A stretch of DNA of 63,144 nt, filler included, from Octopus bimaculoides (Eukaryota), in assembly GCF_001194135.2 (NCBI RefSeq). It is 6 parts of 6 records of this genome, joined end to end, with 100 filler letters (N's around TTAATTAATTAA, not from the genome) between each part and the next. Parts side by side here need not be neighbours in the genome. Positions count along the whole stretch, not along the records: positions 12,017 to 40,458 come from NC_069004.1; 5 more parts are not named here. The stretch is one strand, 5' to 3'. This document shows positions 22,830 through 35,345 of the stretch, one piece after another. Made by a program: the position numbers and the translations under genes. The notes beneath the pieces were generated by a model that was not told the DNA's origin, ran no database searches, and was given only the letters and a program-made list of their open reading frames with translations. Position 1 is the stretch's first letter; every line of letters begins with the position of its first letter.

Positions 22830-24350
22830 CATGTATGCAATAATATTTATTGATGTATGCAATTTTTTGAACTGTATTGGTTTCAGTAATCACACAATAC
22901 ACATATACCAAACGTTTTCAAAATCTTGACTGATGATTGTTTTAACTATATTGAGCTACGATAATGAACTATGGGAACTTTTAAGAAATATGTGCGAAAA
23001 CTGAAAGAGTAAGATCAGAAACAATCTAATTCTTCCCCTGGAGTGCCAAGTTGAGAATTTGTAGATGATTCATTATATCAGTGAGGAACATCAGATCTTG
23101 CATCCATTCATCATTCTCCAGTTGAGGATAGGATCTTTTTTTTTTAAGAAAAGTAATAGGCTCCAACATTTTAGCAAACCTACTCAAGACATTCTTTTCT
23201 ACTCTCCGCACAAGGCCCGAAACTTTTGGGGAGGGGTTCAGTCGATTAAATCGACCCTAGTACACAACTGGTACTTGATTTATCGACCCCGAAAGGATGA
23301 AAGGCAAAGTCGACCTCGGCGGAATTTGAACTCAGAACGTAAAGACAGACTACTCAAGACATTGCTGGCCGACAGCCACCTGACGGTAGAACGAGACATC
23401 ACTGGGTTTATCTTCAAGCTCCAGTGCTTCAATAACAGCGTTTGAAATTGACAATTTCAAGGATAGATTTCATAACATCTTCACACTTGAAGTATCTGGC
23501 TGCCACGACGAATAATGCAATGAACAAGGAGAAATTCTGGAAAGCTGGGATCATCTTTTTCATAAGTGCAATTAATACTACATTTTCCCCCACCATTGCA
23601 GGTGCTCCACCTGTTGCAACACTGACGAGTTTATTCAGTGGAACATCAGCATGTGTTAAGGTTCTGTCAAGCGCATTTTTAATGTCAACACTACTAGCTG
23701 TTTCTTTTAATGCAACTAAATCCAACATCTCTTCTTTCACAGTTACATCAGAGGAAACATAACGAATAAATACTGCCAGTTGTGGGTTGTCTTGTATAAG
23801 CCGAATGCAAGAGAATTTTTAAAATCCTTTTGCCTTTTGCCTGCAACCTTAGCACTGATCTGAGAGATGCGCTTCTCTGTAGGTTGGCGTGAAACTGGTG
23901 TTTGTGCTATTAGTTGCTGAAGTCTTGTGTTATTTGGATCGAACATTGCAACAACTTCAGCTATATTCTTAAATTCGCCATCGGAGTATGGGCGTTTAGT
24001 ACGAGCAATATTCCATGACATAACAAAACTGGCTTCAGTCGTTGTATCAACTTCCTTACTGGACGTTGTTGACAGTGTTCGCCGGCTATTTAGTGAGGAT
24101 TTTAACAGTTAACTTGTTTTGCCTTAATTCTGTTTTAGATGGATAATCATACGAAAAGTTTTTTGTGATTTGTTTCATAGTGGCGTTTCAAGTTACTGGC
24201 TTTGTAATAACTGAGTGACACATGGCATGTATGGTACAAAGGTTTATCACCTTCCATGGTGAATGCAAAATCTTCCTCCCACTCTGGCTTAAAATTTCTG
24301 TTTTCATCTTCATATTTTCGTTTCTTACAATTCAAGGAGGCCATCTTCAT
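22830..24350 (-). pseudogene. Decayed hAT (SPIN/Buster, GTF2IRD2-like) transposase
   Basis: Collinear fragments MASLNCKKRKYEDENRNFKPEWEEDF..ASNLKRHYETNH; ASWNIAR.KRPYSDGEF; KLVSVATGGAPAMVG; DLMFLTDIMNHLQILNLALQGK; frameshifted and interrupted by a SINE. Confidence 0.85.
23194..23349 (-). mobile_element. 5'-truncated SINE inserted in the hAT relic
   Basis: ggcggcgag-family body; 14-bp TSD ctactcaagacatt at 23180-23193 and 23350-23363. Confidence 0.85.
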
Positions 24351-25356
24351 TCATAAAATTTTCAGACACTTTTAAACAAAACTTGGGTACTTTTTGGTTA
24401 TCTCACCCCCATCAAAAAAATTGAGTTTATGTAGCGACAAGAGACTGGATTAAAAGAATTAAATCCTTTTGATTCAATACGCCAACACATTGTTGACTTT
24501 TGGCCTCCTCTATAGGAATGGTAGGATTGTTATAAAAGTGTTATCAGATTCAATAAGATGTTTAACTTTTTCAGTTTCGTTTGGTCACCCCTGATATATA
24601 CATACAAAGAACTTTTGTATTCTTTTAACTTATAATCATAAACCAAAAGAATGCTAAATTTTCTTCGGCGTACCTTCACAAGGGGATCCCCACCTGACTT
24701 TGTTTCTTCATAACTTTCAGAAAAGTGCATATCTTTTAATGAAATTTTCTCCAAATATCCCTCAGGCGGTGTGGGAGGTACGCTTTTTCTTCCAGTTTAT
24801 GGAGACTTCATGACACACACATTTAAACTATATTTTGTTCTCTACACCACGCAATATCTTTATCAATCACAACGAAGATAGATATTATTTGCGTTGACAA
24901 TCTTATTCATTCTTAATGCGTTCCAGCAGATTCGAAGAGGAATGTGTTAATCGCTGGTTGTGCTCATAACATATTCAATTTGTTAGTACAAGAGATTTGG
25001 GGACGACCAGGTTTTCGACACTCGTCAACCAGATATTTGATAAACTAGAAATTCCAGAGAAATCTCTGTTTGTTTCTTGAGATCACTAAGTGCAGTGATT
25101 AACCAAAACAAACTAACTGTTGATTTAGCACTGAACGTTCCTCTTATTTGGTCACTTCATAACAATTAAACTAACCCTTCTCAAAGCAGACGCTACTGTC
25201 TTAAGAAGAGAAAAGGTATAATTGCCTGAAAATAAATATAGGCTGAACATAGCTACAATGTTTCCAGTCTGATTACAGCCAGGTTGACACAAGGTTAAAC
25301 AACTGCTAAGTCCTCTGTCTGTATGAGACCAGCCAACAAACTTACTGGCAGTAAAG

Positions 25357-25570
25357 GGCGGCGAGCTGGCACAATCGTTAGCACGCTGGGCGAAATGCTT
25401 AGCAATATTTCGTCTATCTTTACGTTCTGAGTTCAAATTCCGCCGAGGTCGACTTTGCCTTTCATCCTTTCAGGGTCGATAAATCAAGCACCAGTTGCGT
25501 ACTGGGGTCGATCTAATCGATTGGTCCTCTCCCCAAAAATTTCAGGGCTTGTGCCTAGAGTAGAAAAGAA
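25357..25570 (+). mobile_element. tRNA-derived SINE (ggcggcgagctggc family)
   Basis: Full head, B-box and 3' end gcctagagtagaaaag. Confidence 0.85.
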
Positions 25571-25929
25571 AATTACACATTATACTACCCCCCTCTCTCT
25601 CTTATATTATATATATACACTACAATAGTAAGTTACCACTACAACAGCTAAAACAGATATGACAATAGTTACACACACACACACACGGAATATTCAGTTA
25701 TCAACCCAAAAAATCATAAATCATCACAATTTCGACGCCTTATTTCATATATAAATTGTTCATTCAGCACAATTCTGATCTTAAACTGAACACCCTTTTT
25801 TTTCTGATACAATCAACACAATATAATTCTCTAATATAACTGGTACAGGTAACGGAACTACAGGTAACATACAAGCACTTCAACACCACATTACCCCGCC
25901 ATGGTATCATTTACCACAATATGTGTGTA

Positions 25930-26285
25930 TGGAGGCGCAATAGCCTGGTGGTTAGGGCAGCGGACTCGCGATCATAGGGGCGCGGTTTCAATTCACAGAC
26001 TGGGCGTTGTGACTGTTTATTGAGCGAAAATACCTAAAGTCCCACGAGGCTCCGGCAGGATGTGATGGCAAACCCTGCTGTACTTTTTCACCACAACTTT
26101 CTCTCACTCTTTCTTCCTGTTTCTGTTGCACCTGTATTTCAAAGGGCCACACTCTGTGTTACGCTGAATCTCCCCGAGATTCTGTGGAGTGCTCAGCCAC
26201 TTGCACGTTAATTCCATGAGGAGGTTGTTCCGTTGATCGGATCAACTAGAACCCTCATCGTCGTAACCAACGGGGTGCCACGATG
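25930..26285 (+). mobile_element. tRNA-derived SINE (ggaggcgcaat family)
   Basis: Collinear with 20313-20720. Confidence 0.8.
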
Positions 26286-26563
26286 TATGTGTAGTAACAC
26301 GACAGAGTAACGCCATTAGTAGAAGTTAGGAAGGTAAAGGAGGAGGATGAAATACTGTAACAGAATTGAATAACTAACTGAGTAAATTAAGAGAAGTTAA
26401 AAGAAGTTAAGAACAAAACAAGAAAAGGTGAAAAATATTTTGAAAATTTTTTTTCAAGAAATCTCAAAAATAGCTTAAAGAAAAAATTTTTTTAAAGTTT
26501 AATAAACTTCAAAAAAAATCGCTCAAAAAATTTGTTTTTCTACAATTCACAATATATCAAAAA

Positions 26564-26734
26564 TTTGGTAAATTTTCAAATTAACACCCGCACGATTTTC
26601 ACTAGAGTGTTAAAGGTTTTAGGGTCAGGGTTAGAGTTTTAGGGTTAGTGTTAGGGTTACGGTTAGGGACGGAATTCCCTAACCCTAACACCCTAGTGAA
26701 AATCGTGCGGGTGTTAATCTGAAACTTTACCAAA
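26564..26734. repeat. Inverted-repeat element enclosing head-to-head TTAGGG/CCCTAA telomere-like repeats
   Basis: ~50-bp arms tttggtaaa..ttaacacccgcacgattttcactag / ctagtgaaaatcgtgcgggtgttaa..tttaccaaa; 8 TTAGGG-like hexamers, a GGAATTCC pivot, then 2 CCCTAA. Confidence 0.8.
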
Positions 26735-26829
26735 AACTTTAGACCACTCTTAATTTCACTTCTTGGGTAGACTATTGTGGCGGAGGTAAAAGACATGGAA
26801 CGCACCCCATTTTCTACGGACCGACATGA

Positions 26830-28410
26830 AAACCTTCATTGAAAAATGAAAGAGCTGCAGAGGAACAGTGGGTTATCAAAAACATCAAACACAACCCAAA
26901 AGTATTTTATTCTTATGCAAATAAGCATAGAACCAGTCTCACCCATTGGACCATTGATTGATGATAACAGCATTCCCCAACATGATGCTAAAGAAATGGC
27001 AGAAATACTGCAGAAACAATATTGCTCTGTCTGTAGTGACCCCACTGATATTGACGTAAGGGAGGCGAACGAAGTTGATTCCCAACATAAAATCTCAGAC
27101 TTCACTGCTTCAGACATCATAGCAGCAATAAATGAGGTCAAATACTATTCTGCCGTAGGCCCTGATAGATTCCCCGCAAGTCTCCTGAAAGAATGTAGAC
27201 ACCAACTTGCAGTTCCTCTGACCAACAAAATTGCCAAATTTTGGAATCCGTGGAAAACTTCTACACTGGATTAAGTATTTCCTGGCGAATAGAATACAAG
27301 AAGTTGTGTTCGATAAGTCCACTCAAGCCCAGCAAAAGTCACCAGTGGTGTCCCTCAGGGGACTGTCTTGGGCCCGCTCCTCTTTATAATTTATATAAAT
27401 GACCTTTCCAGAGTCGTAAATCACTGCAAAGTGAAAATATTTGCTGATGACACTAAGATCCAGCAAATCTTCAATGAAGAAGAAGACCGAACCCAACTCC
27501 AGTCTGATCTATATGCGGTGAGTCAATGGTAAGACAAAAACAAAATGAAACTGAACGAGGGAAAATTTGAGCTGATGCATTTTGGAAGAAAGTCTATACT
27601 AAAACAGCCATACACTCTTCCTTCAGGGGAACCGCTCACAGCATCTAATAATATCAGAGACCTGGGTGTAATTGTTGACAACAATCTCACTTGGAGTGCC
27701 CACATCATCAATAAGGTCAATATAGCTCGTAAGATGAGCTCCTGGATCTTAAGAACCTTCCGGTCCAGAGAACAAGGTGTCATCATTCCGCTTTTCTCCT
27801 CCTTTGTACGGCTACACCTCGAATACTGCTGCCCCTTGTGGTATCCCCATACAAAACAAAACATTTCGAGGATTGAATCACCCCAGAGAGCACTCACCAA
27901 ACGAATTGAAGGCATGACTGATCTTGATTACTGGGACCGCCTTAAAGCCTTGAAGCTCTACTCTCTCCAGCGCTGCCGTGAGCGGTACATCATTTGTACG
28001 ATGTGGAGAATATACCGCCAGCATTGCCTAAACGACCTGGACATTAGTTTCAAGGTTCATCCAAGGCTGGGACCACGAGTCATACGTCCCCTGCCCAATT
28101 CAGGATCACAACATATAGGTACATAGCGGCATAATTTATTTTCCTCAACAGGCCCTGCCCTGTTTAACATTGTCCCGAAACAGATAAAAGAGGAAAAGGA
28201 TCCTATCAGCTTTAAACGGAGTCTAGACAGCTTTCTTCAAAGAATATCAGACAAGCCACCCATACCTGGATACAACTCACTCAACAAGAACTCACTACTT
28301 GAATGGACCATAGACAAAACTTGACTGTAAAAAGGATTTAGATAATCCTATCAGGTGGTGCTATTAAGTTAGACATGGCCTGGACCAATCTTTGGTCGTA
28401 ACATATCTAA
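26830..28410 (+). mobile_element. 5'-truncated CR1-group (CR1/L2/Daphne-like) LINE, reverse transcriptase region
   Basis: GPDRFPASLLKEC, VTSGVPQGTVLGPLLFIIYINDL, IFADDTKI, LQSDL, IRDLGVIVDNNLTW, LHLEYCCPLW motifs; internal deletion and stops. Confidence 0.9.
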
Positions 28411-29992
28411 GTCAGGTGTTGGTTTGATGGCCTAATAGGTAAAGGTGTTAGTAATNNNNNNNNNNNNNNNNNNNNNNNNNNNNNNNNNNNNNNNNNNNNN
28501 NNNNNNNNNNNNNNNNNNNNNNNNNNNNNNNNNNNNNNNNNNNNNNNNNNNNNNNNNNNNNNNNNNNNNNNNNNNNNNNNNNNNNNNNNNNNNNNNNNNN
28601 NNNNNNNNNNNNNNNNNNNNNNNNNNNNNNNNNNNNNNNNNNNNNNNNNNNNNNNNNNNNNNNNNNNNNNNNNNNNNNNNNNNNNNNNNNNNNNNNNNNN
28701 NNNNNNNNNNNNNNNNNNNNNNNNNNNNNNNNNNNNNNNNNNNNNNNNNNNNNNNNNNNNNNNNNNNNNNNNNNNNNNNNNNNNNNNNNNNNNNNNNNNN
28801 NNNNNNNNNNNNNNNNNNNNNNNNNNNNNNNNNNNNNNNNNNNNNNNNNNNNNNNNNNNNNNNNNNNNNNNNNNNNNNNNNNNNNNNNNNNNNNNNNNNN
28901 NNNNNNNNNNNNNNNNNNNNNNNNNNNNNNNNNNNNNNNNNNNNNNNNNNNNNNNNNNNNNNNNNNNNNNNNNNNNNNNNNNNNNNNNNNNNNNNNNNNN
29001 NNNNNNNNNNNNNNNNNNNNNNNNNNNNNNNNNNNNNNNNNNNNNNNNNNNNNNNNNNNNNNNNNNNNNNNNNNNNNNNNNNNNNNNNNNNNNNNNNNNN
29101 NNNNNNNNNNNNNNNNNNNNNNNNNNNNNNNNNNNNNNNNNNNNNNNNNNNNNNNNNNNNNNNNNNNNNNNNNNNNNNNNNNNNNNNNNNNNNNNNNNNN
29201 NNNNNNNNNNNNNNNNNAAATCTATAATTGTGCCCAATCAATAATAAAAATAGATTTAAATATTTCATTTTTGTGGCTTGAAATAAGAATTGCTTCTGTG
29301 GCTTTGTGGACATTGATGTTGGTAAAGTATAACTTAGTGTTTGGTATAGAGGTTTCAATCCCTTTTTTGAAGTTATAAAGCGTTATGTAATTTTATCTTT
29401 ATTTGTCATTATACTGGGGCACCATGAATTTTTGTTGAATGAATTGACCCCTGTACTTCTTCTTTAATCCTGGTTCTTATTTCATCAGTCTCTTTTTCCA
29501 AACCGCTACATTATGGGGATGTAAACACACCAATGCCGGTTAACAAACTGGCTGTATATATCAATTTTTTTCCCCCCCCAGCTTAAGGCTGTTTTTATTT
29601 TTATTTTTTTATTTTTATCCAGATTAATGCTGTTTTTTGCGCTGGAACATAGAAATAATCGGATTGAATACCTGATCGCGTGGTTAAACCATTGGGAGTG
29701 AAAAACCTCTAGCCCTTGTTAGGGCATCCTTCTAGGAGAAGGCAACTCAGGCAACTGGGATAACTCCGACATAAAACCTGCGGCTCAGTGGTTACCGATG
29801 ATGTTGAATTGTTCTTCTTTTCGGGTTATGGCTACTGTTGCTTAGTGAGTGGGATTGACTCAGTGCACAGCCTTTCCTCACTTTAAGGAAAAATCTTCTT
29901 GCACAGGCACTGCACGATAACAACATGTTAAGCTTTGTGCAATGGCCATACTCGATAACGAGGGGGCAGCCATCATATATATATATATATAT

Positions 29993-30207
29993 ACAATTGC
30001 AGCGTGGAAGGTGTTTATAAGCCATTTAAGAAACACACAAAAACCGTTAGATTCACTTCAACATTTAAATTTAATTTATCAAAATATTTTCGGCGCTTTG
30101 AGACCACGATCTGTTCACTGACAAAATTCCGTGCTATGTTGAAGTGAATCTAACGGTTTTTGTGTGTTTCTTAAATGGTTTATAAACACCTTCCATGCTG
30201 CAATTGT
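29993..30207. repeat. Near-perfect 72-bp inverted repeat with a 71-bp spacer
   Basis: Arms 29993-30064 and 30136-30207 match at 70/72 positions. Confidence 0.9.
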
Positions 30208-30527
30208 TTTCGTTCCAGCACACGATCTCAGATTTCTGATCAGGTCACTTGCTATGCAAGTACATCCCCGTATATAAATATATGGCATACCTACACTTTG
30301 TTGCCTCATAGCTTTCAGAAAAATACATATTCTAAATGAAATTTTTTTATATGTGTGCTTCAGATAGTGTAAATTACCATTAAATGGAAATCCGTGTTGA
30401 AAAACATTTTTCCGAATATGGGTGAGGAATTTCGGAAAATTAACACGTGTCAGCTTTGTTTCCTCATAACTTTCAGAAAAACGGATAAATTTTTAATGGA
30501 TTGTTTACAAATACTTCTCAATGTATA

Positions 30528-30584
<57 letters not shown>

Positions 30585-30957
30585 ATAAAGAGGTAAGGTA
30601 GAAACAGAAGATACCCAGTTCACCTATTACCATGGTGAAACGAAGCACCTAAGTATATATGTCTATGTGTGTGTATGTATGTATGTAGGTAGGTAGATAG
30701 ATAGATGAGTGGATGGATGCATACATACATACATACAGTATACTAACAACTAAGCGTTACTTTAACGTACCGTAAGCTTGGTACTAAATACAAGCCATCC
30801 TGGCATCCTTAGACTTAGCTTTGAATACCTTACTCTAAGTGTCGGCACATAGCTTTTAAACTTGCTATTCTGGAATAACAGGTAGGTTAACAGAGAAAGT
30901 TGTCTTTGCATGTGACAGTTGCAACAAAAAGTCTCTCGCTCTTTCTTTCTTTCTCTC

Positions 30958-31019
<62 letters not shown>

Positions 31020-31416
31020 NNNNNNNNNNNNNNNNNNNNNNNNNNNNNNNNNNNNNNNNNNNNNNNNNNNNNNNNNNNNNNNNNNNNNNNNNNNNNNNNN
31101 NNNNNNNNNNNNNNNNNNNNNNNNNNNNNNNNNNNNNNNNNNNNNNNNNNNNNNNNNNNNNNNNNNNNNNNNNNNNNNNNNNNNNNNNNNNNNNNNNNNN
31201 NNNNNNNNNNNNNNNNNNNNNNNNNNNNNNNNNNNNNNNNNNNNNNNNNNNNNNNNNNNNNNNNNNNNNNNNNNNNNNNNNNNNNNNNNNNNNNNNNNNN
31301 NNNNNNNNNNNNNNNNNNNNNNNNNNNNNNNNNNNNNNNNNNNNNNNNNNNNNNNNNNNNNNNNNNNNNNNNNNNNNNNNNNNNNNNNNNNNNNNNNNNN
31401 NNNNNNATAGTGTATA

Positions 31417-31461
<45 letters not shown>

Positions 31462-31867
31462 TATATATATGTATATATTGTTTGTTTTTATGTTGACTTA
31501 TAATAAAAATATTTTTTATATTAATCTGATGAGTTACTCTATATTCTTGCGGAGAATAAATTTATTATTTTTATACAAGCTATATCTATATAACCGTCCA
31601 AAACGTTTGGTGCACTCACCGATATGTTTAGACAGTAAAAGGTTTGGTTTTCTACATTGTAACATGCATCATTAAAATCCCGCAAAACCAAAAATCGCCG
31701 TAAGAACCTTACATCACTATATATTACACCACAATAATTTCAGGCTACCACTTGAAACATTCCATCTGTCTATCCCACATAAGTATTTATAACGGAACAG
31801 AGTCAAATGTCAAATAAGTACTTGCATGCGTGGAGTGTATGTATATCAAATGATTGAGACAACATAC

Positions 31868-31996
31868 CTTTTCCTCAACACTTGTAGGCAGGACTATAAT
31901 AGCGAAGATACAAATCAATTGGAAAATTGCTCCCACAAATAATCCAGCTTCTAAAAGTCGATCCATAATGGTCGGTTGTTCAATCACAACGGTCAT
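31868..31996 (-). CDS. MANBAL: MANBAL (UPF0239) coding exon 1: MTVVIEQPTIMDRLLEAGLFVGAIFQLICIFAIIVLPTSVEEK
   Basis: GLFVGAIFQLICIFAII closely matches the GLFLGAIFQLICVLAII transmembrane motif of human MANBAL, preceded by a PT(F/I) motif; donor AAG|GTATGT at 31867, phase 0. Confidence 0.88.
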
Positions 31997-32199
31997 GGTA
32001 GTAAATATTTTGATAACTGCAGCAAGACGACGATTGTTGTGTTAAATGTTATTGCTATTACATATGTCTGTTAGACAATGCTGTGTGTTACGGTTATCTC
32101 CCATTACTCTTCGCTTTTCTTGCCGACACATTTTCCAAGTTGTCATGGTAGCAGTAATAAAAGGTCACCTCCTTTATTTCAAATCACTCGTTAGAGTTA

Positions 32200-32585
32200 T
32201 CTCTTTTACTTGTTTCAGTCATTTGACTGCGGCCATGCTGGAGCACCGCCTTTAGTCGAGCAAATCGACCCCAGGACTTATTCTTTGTAAATCTAGTACT
32301 TAGTCTATTGGTCTCTTTTGCCAGACTGCTAAGTTACGGGGACGTAAACACACCAGCATCGGTTGTCAAGCGATGTTGGGGAGACAAACACAGACACACA
32401 CACATATATATATACATATATACGACGGGCTTCTTTCAGTTTCCGTCTACCAAATCCACTCACAAGGCTTTGGTCGGCCCGAGGCTATAGTAGAAGACAC
32501 TTGCCCAAGGTGCCACGCAGTGGGACTGAACCCGGAACCATGTGGCTGGTATGCAAGCTACTGACCACACAGCCACTCCTACGCC
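32200..32585 (-). mobile_element. Near-full-length CORE-type tRNA SINE just upstream of MANBAL
   Basis: Head agtggctgtgtggtcagtagcttgc..gggttcagtccc, CORE gcaccttgggcaagtgtctt, typical 3' end. Confidence 0.88.
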
Positions 32586-32855
32586 TCTACAGATTTTCTA
32601 TAGAAATTATAGCCAGCACTGATATCTGTTTTAAGACATTTCATATCCAAGGCGTTAGATGTAAACAAACAATGCGATCGAAAACGTAAAAAGGATAATG
32701 AGCGTATATGCCATATTTGGGGTTAGGAGAGTATTGTAGTTCGCTTGAAGCATTGTGTATTGTTTGTAAAGAATAAAAGTTTAGAATGGTACAGCAATGC
32801 ACTATAAAACAAAAAATGGACTATATACCTATTGTAATTTGGTTATCTATAGTCC

Positions 32856-32891
32856 GATGATATTTCGGAATTACAATTCCTTCTTCAGATC
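32856..32891 (-). ncRNA. Minimal type-I hammerhead ribozyme motif with canonical core
   Basis: gat-CTGAAGA-a-ggaatt-gt-aattcc-GAA-ATAT-C-atc: canonical CUGANGA/GAAA/UH core, 6-bp stem II, palindromic stem III, only a 3-bp stem I. Confidence 0.6.
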
Positions 32892-32931
32892 TTCGTCAGC
32901 CCTTAATCGCCCATGAATACATTGCTTAAAT

Positions 32932-33210
32932 CAGGGGTTTTCAAACTTTTTGACTTGCGGACCCCTTTATATTTCAGGCTTTACCTTAGGGACCCCCTTA
33001 TAAACGCTTATGAAATTTATACATAAATATTTGCTTAAAATAACATATATTTTTGTATTTATTTATTTAACAGTATTTAACAAATAGGTTTATTGTCAAT
33101 TAAAAAATTTCGATTAAAAAACATATATAAAATCAAATTGCCCATAAAAAGTATTTGCTGTCTACGGACCCCCTGTCTTGTCCTTGCGGACCACAGTTTG
33201 AAAACCCCTG
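32932..33210. mobile_element. hAT (Charlie-like) MITE
   Basis: TIR caggggttttcaaact / agtttgaaaacccctg; exact 8-bp TSD gcttaaat at 32924-32931 and 33211-33218. Confidence 0.92.
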
Positions 33211-33356
33211 GCTTAAATAACCATTAAATACAGCGGTGTAACGTTATTGGATATACCAATTTTGCATATTAAACACATTCCTGGAAGCTGGTATGTAAGC
33301 ATTAATGACTTGTAGAGATGCGGTATTTCATAATGCAACCATAATATACTCAAAAG

Positions 33357-33543
33357 CAAAGCTCCGCAACCGGTATGCCGCGTCACCAGACGATGCTAGG
33401 TGTGCCGCAGTGTACCCTGAATATAATTTTTTCCCCCTATACTTTTAGTTATATTTTTAGTTTATATTTTTAGTTCAGGTGTGCCGCCGAATTTTGAAAA
33501 GCATATAAGTGTACCGCAAGTGAAAGAATGTTGCGGAGCACTG
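33357..33543. mobile_element. Small hAT MITE
   Basis: TIR caaagctccgcaac / gttgcggagcactg; near-identical 8-bp TSD ctcaaaag / ctctaaag. Confidence 0.7.
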
Positions 33544-33639
33544 CTCTAAAGTATATTAAACGTTTTTATAAGCCAATACCGTGTTCTACTGTGTTAGCAA
33601 TGCGCTTTACATCACTTGCTAGGGTTGTCCCCACAGATA

Positions 33640-33985
33640 CTCTTTCATCTTCGATCTCATTGTTTGTTTACAGCTGACGTTTCGGATACGAAACGTCGTA
33701 ACACAAGTCAGTGCTGGTTATAATTCTATAGAATATATGGAAGAAAGGGAGGGAGCAATATCTGGAAGAAGGGGGACGCAAGAGTAAAAGGGATTGTGGG
33801 GAGGCATACTCTCGAGATACAAGGATGTGAATATAAATGGAATAGTAGAGGATATCCCAGGGTGCATGAGTAGGGAATTCACGAAAGTGGGGAAAGAGGA
33901 GTGAGACACGGGAATATGGAGGCAGGTGACAGGATAGAAATGACATAGTTGGTAGAGGGGATGGACAGGATTGGGATGCAAGGTA
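33640..33985 (-). mobile_element. Penelope-like terminal fragment
   Basis: Pyrimidine-rich on the minus strand, ending in ..ccgaaacgtcagc; hairpin gacgtttcg-gata-cgaaacgtc. Confidence 0.4.
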
Positions 33986-34469
33986 TTGATACTGATTCTG
34001 TCATTATTAATTATTTCTTAATAAGCCCACTGGACAGACACTGATATTCTATACATCATTGATGGGAAATTTAACTGTTATGTCACTTCTGGGTGTCTGT
34101 GACTGAGGAGCCCAAAACAGCGAAATCACGGGATCTGGCAGTTTCAGTGGCTGTAGCCGATGGCTCTCATCTGTCATTGATATAAATACGAGTATCTTTA
34201 TGCGCCATGAGTCCATAACAGAGATCCTCTTAAGGTAAATAACGCAATATTCTGTTTTCTGACACAACATCCACTTTAAATGAGTCATAAATATCATCTG
34301 GCATTAATACTGCTACTGTCACTATTAATTATATATATGTACCAGCAGCTAAGCCTGGTTTTACCAAGTCAGTTTGGATGATATGGCTGTAAAACCTGTT
34401 CTGTGTGAGCATTCGACTTGTATGGGCATGTTTACGTTAAAAAATAATTTTAGAATGACTTTTTTAGTG

Positions 34470-35345
34470 TTTTTTCATGGCAGTGAAACATGGGCCATGA
34501 CTGCTGATGACATGCATAGGCTCAAAAGAAATAAAGCTAGCATGATCCGCTGGATGTGTATTATCAGTGTGCACACACGACGTAGTGTAAGTACCCTGAG
34601 AGAAATGCTGGACATAAGAAGCATCGGATGTGGAATGCAAGAGACATTTGCGCTGGTATGGTCATGTACTACGGATGGATGAGGAGAGCTGTGTGAAGAA
34701 GTGAAGTTGAAGGAATCCAGGGTAGACATGGGATAGGGTAATAAAGCATGACCTTCGAACATTGGGCCTCACATAGGCAATGATGAAAGACCGAGACCTC
34801 TGAAGATATGCTGTGACTGTGAAGACCCGGCAAATAAAGTGAGTTCACAGCTGTAACCTACACCAGTGTCACATAACCAGCCCCAGCCCTCTCAAAAGTA
34901 CCTTGGATCATAGGGCGACATGCCATGCTTGAGGAGACCTATTGAGTCAAGTACATCAACATCAAAAGGCAATTGTAGTTGCGATCCCCATGCCGGTGGC
35001 ACATAAAAAACACCTTCTGAACATGGCCGATGCCAGCGCTGCCTTGACTGGCTTCCATGCCAGTGGCACGTTAAAAGCACCAACCAATTGTGGTCATTGC
35101 CAGCCTCCTCTGGCCCATGTGCTGGTGGCACATAAAAAGCACCCACTACACTCTTGGANNNNNNNNNNNNNNNNNNNNNNNNNNNNNNNCTTGGATTGGT
35201 TGGCATTAGAAAGGGCATCCAGCTGTAGAAACACTGTCAGATCAGACTGGAGCCTGGTGCAGCCTCCTAGCTTCCCAGACCCCAGTCGAACCGTCCAACC
35301 CATACCGGCATGGAAAATGGACGTTAAATGATGATGATGATGATG
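34470..35345 (+). mobile_element. RTE-clade LINE 3' end
   Basis: HGSETWAMTADDMHRLKRNKASMIRWMC; 3'UTR matches 12736-13020; (GAT)n tail. Confidence 0.88.

Noticed and set aside
30070-30130. Hammerhead-like fold in the spacer of the 72-bp inverted repeat (minus strand)
   Set aside because: A GAAA and a palindrome are present, but the first core box (gtgaaca) and stem II junction do not fit.
34049-34297. 82-aa minus-strand ORF and a plus-strand AAG|GTAAAT donor near 34233
   Set aside because: No recognisable homology and no partner exon found.
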